Source: an uncultured Candidatus Saccharibacteria bacterium
GTDB lineage: Bacteria > Patescibacteriota > Saccharimonadia > Saccharimonadales > JAGPDM01
Length of the DNA: 64,000 nt
Assembly (NCBI GenBank): GCA_964622235.1
Contig: CAZUNB010000001.1
Location: 9,360 to 73,359 of the forward strand
Direction: 5' to 3'
The position numbers were made by a program, and so were the translations under genes. The stretch's first letter is position 1. The number at the start of each line of letters is the position of its first letter. A model generated the notes under the pieces. It searched no databases. It saw only the letters and a list, made by a program, of their open reading frames with translations, and was not told the DNA's origin. Of the stretch, positions 58,068 through 64,000 are shown one piece after another.

Positions 58068-59095
58068 CCGATTATACCCCCTGGTATTAGGAAGTTCACC
58101 AGCGCAGCGAACAATAAGTAGATTGCCAGTCCGCCGAGAGCAGCTAATATTTTAGTTTTTGCACCAGCAATCGCCTGAGGGTTACCACGAGCTGAAGCGT
58201 ACTGGATTCCCGCTATACCGAGCACCCCAGAGATGATGATGCCAACACCAACTGCAGTGACTTTAACGGCAAGTTTAAGCATTTTAACGATACTATTTCC
58301 CTCAAGCCCCGCGTCTGGGTCGCTACAAGTAAGATCTTTTAACGGCCCAAAAGCCGCTTGAGCACACTTATCTTGTTCAAGCTTGCGCGCACAACTTTGT
58401 TCATCGCCAGCAGCTAAGCTCCCGTCTTTGTCTTTATCACAAACGCTATGTTGTTTAGTTAACGGATGCACAGCCTTCTCGCCTTCATCTTCTGGCCCAG
58501 CAGGGTCATCACCCTCAGGTGTCGTTGCACCTCCGCCGCTGTCTTCACCACCGCCGCCGGGGGTGGGTGAAGTGATCGGATCAGTGGTGCCAGGACCAAC
58601 GCCGGTTGACGCTAAGCAGGCCGAAATTAAAACTTTCGAGACCTGCTTCATGCACGTAACATTAGAAGCCGCGACACAGCCGGCACTTGATCCTCTATCG
58701 CTGGTACATTTTTCAACACCAAAAAGCTGATGGTAGCAGCTCTCGGTTTGAATTGAGCCTTTACTGACATTGGGTATGTTCGTACAGTAAGCAATAAGCT
58801 TCCATGCGCAGGTTTCATATTTTTTTGCATCGTCTTTTTTAGGCTTTTGAGCTAAAAGCCTACTGCGTATCGCGCGACAATCATTTGCGGTCTTTTCACC
58901 AACACCAAAGTTCTTATCAACCTTGCCGCTTGGCCCTGAAGTTGTGGGGGTACTTGTATCACCACTGCCATTGCTACCACCGCCGAAAGAAACTCCCGGA
59001 ACTTGTGCAGAAACTTGTGCAGCTAAAAAGAACATCCAAAATAAAGATATCAAAAAAACCGATACAAAAACTGATTTACGCAATGAGCCCATCAT
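58064..59095 (-). CDS. VirB2-like pilin with large Cys-rich, G/P-linker N-terminal domain
   Basis: Many Cys; GIQYASARGNPQ...AK..I..A..GL C-terminus. Confidence 0.82.
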   Translation of the reverse strand: MMGSLRKSVFVSVFLISLFWMFFLAAQVSAQVPGVSFGGGSNGSGDTSTPTTSGPSGKVDKNFGVGEKTANDCRAIRSRLLAQKPKKDDAKKYETCAWKLIAYCTNIPNVSKGSIQTESCYHQLFGVEKCTSDRGSSAGCVAASNVTCMKQVSKVLISACLASTGVGPGTTDPITSPTPGGGGEDSGGGATTPEGDDPAGPEDEGEKAVHPLTKQHSVCDKDKDGSLAAGDEQSCARKLEQDKCAQAAFGPLKDLTCSDPDAGLEGNSIVKMLKLAVKVTAVGVGIIISGVLGIAGIQYASARGNPQAIAGAKTKILAALGGLAIYLLFAALVNFLIPGGIIG

Positions 59096-59634
59096 CTGTA
59101 TCCTACTTTCTGACCATCTTCATCAGTGAAATACATAGCTTTGATCTTTTTTGGACTCGAAAACTCCATCGTAATCAGCTGATTATCAGCATCCTCGAAT
59201 ACATTAGAGTTCGAACAGAAAATCTGAACTGTTTGTCTGTCCGCTGCCGGCTCACTGCAGTCTTCAAGGTTAAATCTACCGAGGAGCGTAGACAGAAAAT
59301 ATGCTGGCTGATAAAAGGGAATATCTTCACCGATTTCAAATTCAGGATTATAGTTCATGGTCGAGTAGTCGTTAATGCGCGCAGTGTCTAGATTCACAAT
59401 TGCATCGATCATTTCTTTTGATGTGTTTATTTGATCAAGCTCCTGAAGCGCTAAACTATCCTCGATTTTGGCTTGTTTAGCTTCAGCGGCGAGCTCAGCT
59501 TTAGTCGGCTGCTGTAAATACCAAGCTAAAAAACCGATTCCTCCAACCAAAATGATTGCCAATAAGATAAAAGGCCAACGAGGGACCTTCTGCGATGTCA
59601 TCAGTGCTTGTGAGTTATTTTTATTTTTGAACAT
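59092..59634 (-). CDS. Hypothetical single-TM protein, first gene of the pilin operon
   Basis: N-terminal TM; ATGA-coupled to the next pilin gene. Confidence 0.68.
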   Translation of the reverse strand: MFKNKNNSQALMTSQKVPRWPFILLAIILVGGIGFLAWYLQQPTKAELAAEAKQAKIEDSLALQELDQINTSKEMIDAIVNLDTARINDYSTMNYNPEFEIGEDIPFYQPAYFLSTLLGRFNLEDCSEPAADRQTVQIFCSNSNVFEDADNQLITMEFSSPKKIKAMYFTDEDGQKVGYR

Positions 59635-59769
59635 TTTTATAATTCAACCATGAATTTAGTGCTATTGTAGCGCTTGTGGTATAAAGCCGCAAGCTAGAAA
59701 AAATTTAGCACTTGACAATACTGAACTAATGTAAGATAATGCATAGATTAAACAGGAATAACCATAGCT

Positions 59770-60711
59770 ATGACAATCACTCCAACAGACATACCACTAT
59801 CTGGAGAAGGCGGCGAAGAGCAAGTGCCACCTATAGGTGAACAAGGGCAGCAGCCTGACGGACAACCATTTGATGGCATGGGTGATGCGCTGGATGGTGA
59901 TGCTGCCGAGCTACGAACCGATAGTGTGAGTGAGCAGCCGCCAGACGATTCAGCTGAAGAGATTGTCGTTAGCCCAAGCAATAGAAGGATGTCTCGTCGA
60001 GGATTCTTAGGAGCTGGAGCTGCGATCGTTGGTCTGACAGTAATTTTTGGCCCTAAAGTCGTCGACTCCTTTTCCCAGCCATCCGAACCAATCGCCCCAA
60101 CTGATGGATCTGATACAGACAATAGCCCGACTGACACGAGCGACACAGCGAAAGACACCTTACCCCAAATGGAAGAGTGGGACGGCACAAAAGAAGATCT
60201 GTGGGAGGTTGCTCCGGGGGATGCAAATAGGAACTTCTTCCTAGATCCATACGCCCCAAATTCATTCGACGCGGAGCAAGTTACTAAGAGAAACTTTGTT
60301 CGGTCCTTCGACCATATCGTTCTTGGGCTTCTTTACCAAGATAAACTAGGCAAAGACCCTAATGAATACGCAACTTTTTTCGCCAGTTCAGACGTAGCGA
60401 ATCAAGCTCGTGAATTTTTCGGTGACGGTGAAGGCACACATTCGGGTGCATACATCAGGGGCTTTAATGAAAATGTCGAGACGAAGGGTGAAGACCCGAA
60501 CGGTTTAGAAAAGTTAATGCTTGATGTTGTTCCGCCCCCTGGGAAAGAGGGCGCTGTTCAAATTGGGCTATTCGATCCAAAAAATGGAGAGAGATACAAA
60601 CCAGCTTGGGCTACTTTTGGTTATAGCAATAAAGGCCACTATGTCCTAACAGGCATTTTCGACCATGATCCAACAGATGAAGACTTTCTGTCTACGCCAC
60701 CGCTAGAGTAG
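59770..60711 (+). CDS. Hypothetical acidic membrane-anchored protein with twin-arginine-like motif
   Basis: SRRGFL + hydrophobic helix after an acidic N-terminus; TTGACA at 59712. Confidence 0.72.
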   Translation: MTITPTDIPLSGEGGEEQVPPIGEQGQQPDGQPFDGMGDALDGDAAELRTDSVSEQPPDDSAEEIVVSPSNRRMSRRGFLGAGAAIVGLTVIFGPKVVDSFSQPSEPIAPTDGSDTDNSPTDTSDTAKDTLPQMEEWDGTKEDLWEVAPGDANRNFFLDPYAPNSFDAEQVTKRNFVRSFDHIVLGLLYQDKLGKDPNEYATFFASSDVANQAREFFGDGEGTHSGAYIRGFNENVETKGEDPNGLEKLMLDVVPPPGKEGAVQIGLFDPKNGERYKPAWATFGYSNKGHYVLTGIFDHDPTDEDFLSTPPLE

Positions 60712-60971
60712 AAAGCTCAAAGTTCATCCTTAGCGCTAGATCGGCATAGGCGTCAACGCACACAACTACCCTGAAAAAGAACCATGAAGTGAATCTATGT
60801 TCAGCTGTTTAATCTAGCGCAAGTTACAGTAGCCCTCCAAGCCCATACTTTAATATAGAGCTACAACTATTATGTCCATAGCCCAAACCAACACATTATA
60901 TTAGTTATTGCTTTTTATATTCTGACGATGTTATCATTTGTCCATAAGCATAATGAATTATGTTAGGTGAA

Positions 60972-62276
60972 ATGAAAAAAATAAAAAAGATTATCTTTAC
61001 TGGTCTTGGAACATTTGTCGTATTGTTTTCTACAATCGTAGCTCCTTTGAGTCCATTGATAATAACGATTGATGCCGCGCCATATGATGATGCTATTGAT
61101 ATAACCACTAAAGAATACAAAGCATGGCGATCATGGCTAGTACTTGAAAAGTGCATAAACTTTAGTGGCAACAAGGGTGGCGACAAGGTCAAAAATGCTA
61201 TATTTGAGCACCCGAACTCAGGAACGATTCCGGCCAACTCGTTCGGTTGGCATAACACGAACTCGCTCGGTGGTGGAAATGGCGCGACGGATGGAGTTGG
61301 GAGATTTATCGATAAAAAGGACGGTGAGATTGACTGCAACACTGAGGCAGATCTTGAGATTGCCATGGCGAACCTCGGTTACAAGAAATATGGGGACTTC
61401 ATGAAAGCAATAACTTCTGATCAAAGACTCCCTGATGATATGTTTAAGCTTAAGTACTCTTCCGAAAAAGCTATTGGCGCGGCAGTAGCTAAACACGCTA
61501 AAGAAGAAGGCTTAATTAGGAGTGAAAGCAATCTCTTTACACTACCGGCCGAGTCAGTTTGGGTTTATTGGGCGTCACTCGCAATTGCAAAGGTTGAGAA
61601 CTCTGCATTTGGCAACACCGAAGGAACCTGTAAAGGAAAATTTGGTACTGAAGCGGACTTAAAAAAAGACAAGACCAGTGAGTCAAGTATTGTAAGGCCC
61701 GGCTTAATCGACAAGGACGCCAAAGAGATCGATGGCTGGAGCGATAAAGCTACAGAAAAAGGCTGGGAGTACCTTCTGCTGCCAGAGAAAAAAGCTAATG
61801 CTGCAGCTAATGCAATTGACGGAAGAATGACATCAGGCAAGTCGACATCATGCACCGAGATAGCCAAAGAAGCAACCAAGGATTTTCGGGTTGCAGCCTT
61901 CGCAAACTTGGTTAAAAAAATCAAAATAGAGTGTGAAAAAGATCCAAATGCCGACTGTGAAAGTAGTATCAAAGATTCCTCAGATGCCGCACTTCAAGAA
62001 GATGGGGCTGGTGACGATGACGTAGAGAGCTGCGAAGTTGGTTCGGGGTTATTTGCGAAAGCACTTGGTTTCGTTGTCTGCGCCGTTGTTGATATCACCT
62101 TCAGTATCGTTGACTGGGCAGAGAACAATATCATCATCCCATATCTTATCGTTTCTCCTCTAGAACAAGGCTCAGATTCGCCAGCCTATACAATGTGGGG
62201 CTATATGCGCGATATCTCTAATGTGATGCTGGTACTAGCCTTGCTATACTTAGCCTACTTAAAGGCGATGTCGTAA
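60972..62276 (+). CDS. N-terminal part of CPR VirB6/TrbL-like T4SS protein (extracellular domain)
   Basis: Signal/TM, Cys-containing domain, LGFVVC.....W..MRDISNV motif that normally precedes the VirB6 TM core. Confidence 0.72.
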   Translation: MKKIKKIIFTGLGTFVVLFSTIVAPLSPLIITIDAAPYDDAIDITTKEYKAWRSWLVLEKCINFSGNKGGDKVKNAIFEHPNSGTIPANSFGWHNTNSLGGGNGATDGVGRFIDKKDGEIDCNTEADLEIAMANLGYKKYGDFMKAITSDQRLPDDMFKLKYSSEKAIGAAVAKHAKEEGLIRSESNLFTLPAESVWVYWASLAIAKVENSAFGNTEGTCKGKFGTEADLKKDKTSESSIVRPGLIDKDAKEIDGWSDKATEKGWEYLLLPEKKANAAANAIDGRMTSGKSTSCTEIAKEATKDFRVAAFANLVKKIKIECEKDPNADCESSIKDSSDAALQEDGAGDDDVESCEVGSGLFAKALGFVVCAVVDITFSIVDWAENNIIIPYLIVSPLEQGSDSPAYTMWGYMRDISNVMLVLALLYLAYLKAMS

Positions 62277-64000
62277 TGGGTGGCGGAAACGCAGCATACA
62301 ATCTTAGAAAGATGGCTCCGAGAATCTTGATTGCATTTATCGGGGTGCAATTGTCATTCTTTTTATCTTCACTAATGATCGATATTTTCAATGGGCTTGG
62401 TAGTGGTGTTGCCAACCTTTTTTACCAAATCGCTGACGCCAACAACATTCCGATTGTTGACACCACCGCAATACAAGGCGGTCAGCTCGGTCAAGGAGCG
62501 GCAATTTTGGGTCTGGGAACAGCGGCGGCGGCTGGAATCTTGACTACAGCCGCCGCGGGCGGTGGCATCATACCAGCCATGGTTGGGTTTGGCGTTATGG
62601 CCTTGATTGTTGTTATCGTGGCTGGCTTAACGTTGGTCCTGCGCCAAATCCTTATTATCGGATTAGTCATTGTATCCCCACTAGCATTTGTGGCCTACCT
62701 CATACCAAACCTCGAGCAATACTTCAAAAAATGGTGGTCATCCTACCTAAAACTACTGATGATGTATCCGCTAATCGTTGGGCTTTTTGGTGTTGGTAAG
62801 ATTGCCGGACAAATTGCCAGCATCACAGCCGCAAACGCACAAGGCACACCAGGTAATGGCGGTATTGCTAGCAGTCCTACGATGATTTTAATGGCGTTCT
62901 TAGCCAATGTTATTCCGCTCGGTCTCGTTCCATATACCCTCAAGTTCGGAGGGGGAATTATGGCTGCTGGAGGTAACATCGGCCGACAGCTCGGATCGAA
63001 AACAGGCAAGACTTTGCGCGATCCAAACAGCCGATTCTTAAGAAGCTCAAAAGACAATGCCGCTAAAAAAGGACAGCTCAAAAGAGACAGGCGGGTTCAG
63101 GGCCAACAATCCGAGGACGCCACAAACTATGGGCTTGGTCGAGCGCTAAAGAAGCTGCCAGGTAAGGGCGGAATAGCTAACGCGTATGCGGGTGCGCACA
63201 AAGCCGTAACAGGCAAAGAGGGTTTACTCTCCAATTTCCGAAGCGCCACCGCTAAACAAGCGCGACACGAGCGCCTCGAGGCAGGCAACGATGAGGCAAT
63301 AAAGCGCAGAGACGAAGCTGCAGCAGCAGCATATCGACCAGAGAAAGCCGTTGGAGCTGGTATATTTGCGCAAACTGGCGGCGACCATGATCTTATAAAA
63401 AAGAAGAGAAATGAACTAGAGGCAGCTGTTGAAGCAGGCGAGCAAGATCAAGTAGTTTTGGATGGGTTCAACGAAATGGCGCAGTATGAAGGTAACGATG
63501 AGGCAGTCTTTGCGGCAGCTCGCTTTGCAATGCAACACGACAAAGCTGGATCCAACATGACGGAAAGAGGAGAATTCTTAAATAATGTCATTCAGAATGT
63601 TGATACTTCAACCGAGGGAGGCAAGGCACGAGCAGCGGCCTTTGTCGCTTCGACAGCAGGCATCGGACACCCATACAGTAAAGACATTGGCATGACCTTC
63701 GACGGAGAAGGCCCTGACGCCAAACCTGTTATTAACTTCGGCTCTAAGGCCGGCAAGGGCTATAACGCAGAACAAGGCTTCGCCTATGCAATGTCTAAAC
63801 ACCAAAGCTACAATCTTAGCAACCTCAACGATGGCCAGGTTACAGAACTGCTTGATCATAACGTACGCCTGGCGACAGACAGCTCCTATGCCACTATGGA
63901 GTCACTACGAACTGGCAAGTCAGTTAAAGCAGTTCAAGGGAATGCCGAGAAGAATATTCGGGATATGTACAGTTACAACGCCCAGTCTAGAGCTGGTCTC
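62276..64000 (+). CDS. VirB6/TrbL-like T4SS membrane protein, runs off window end
   Basis: Translated by hand: YNLRKMAPRILIA...IDIFN, LRQILIIGLVIVSPLAFVAYLIPNLEQYFKKWW...LLMMYP; absent from the ORF track, consistent with no stop before 64000. Confidence 0.85.
   Translation, partial: MGGGNAAYNLRKMAPRILIAFIGVQLSFFLSSLMIDIFNGLGSGVANLFYQIADANNIPIVDTTAIQGGQLGQGAAILGLGTAAAAGILTTAAAGGGIIPAMVGFGVMALIVVIVAGLTLVLRQILIIGLVIVSPLAFVAYLIPNLEQYFKKWWSSYLKLLMMYPLIVGLFGVGKIAGQIASITAANAQGTPGNGGIASSPTMILMAFLANVIPLGLVPYTLKFGGGIMAAGGNIGRQLGSKTGKTLRDPNSRFLRSSKDNAAKKGQLKRDRRVQGQQSEDATNYGLGRALKKLPGKGGIANAYAGAHKAVTGKEGLLSNFRSATAKQARHERLEAGNDEAIKRRDEAAAAAYRPEKAVGAGIFAQTGGDHDLIKKKRNELEAAVEAGEQDQVVLDGFNEMAQYEGNDEAVFAAARFAMQHDKAGSNMTERGEFLNNVIQNVDTSTEGGKARAAAFVASTAGIGHPYSKDIGMTFDGEGPDAKPVINFGSKAGKGYNAEQGFAYAMSKHQSYNLSNLNDGQVTELLDHNVRLATDSSYATMESLRTGKSVKAVQGNAEKNIRDMYSYNAQSRAGL

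Noticed and set aside
60733-60820. GCGCTAGAT/ATCTAGCGC inverted repeat upstream of virB6
   Set aside because: A single 9-bp stem with a long loop, and no second copy or further structure seen; insufficient support.
55682-63859. Antisense ORFs over the pilin and VirB6 genes (for example 57110-57490, 58383-58730, 61565-61972, 62743-63081)
   Set aside because: Shadow frames opposite well-supported genes, with no independent motifs.
1-64000. Alternative genetic code (TGA=Gly, as in Gracilibacteria/Absconditabacteria)
   Set aside because: Conserved genes are full-length under code 11 and several end in TGA with ATGA overlaps; the single internal stop found is TAA.

Overview
This window looks like a chromosomal segment of a Patescibacteria/CPR bacterium, probably Saccharibacteria-like. 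That is inferred from the array of CPR-type VirB2-like pilins, a CPR-type VirB6, short intergenic spacers and standard TGA stops. Housekeeping genes: valS, tsaD, murE, two FemABX paralogs, purM, purD, pgi, nnrD, groES/groEL with tandem CIRCE operators, hsp20, comF, several ABC transporters and an aquaporin. Four tRNAs: Ser-CGA, Ser-GCT, Ser-TGA and an unusual Arg-GCG. It also has three LPXTG-type surface proteins, several large orphan proteins and the start of a type IV secretion/pilin locus. The most striking unannotated signal is a family of ~140-180 bp structured repeat units behind all three tRNA-Ser genes. Where intact, they regenerate the tRNA 3' end, and the A-type units carry GC-GNA-GC hairpins, suggesting a tRNA-targeted miniature mobile element. 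Also notable are a RelA/SpoT homologue with a pseudo-HD + synthetase + intact C-terminal HD architecture, pervasive apparently leaderless genes, and three split or interrupted genes. All calls come from motif recognition by eye; no database searches were run.
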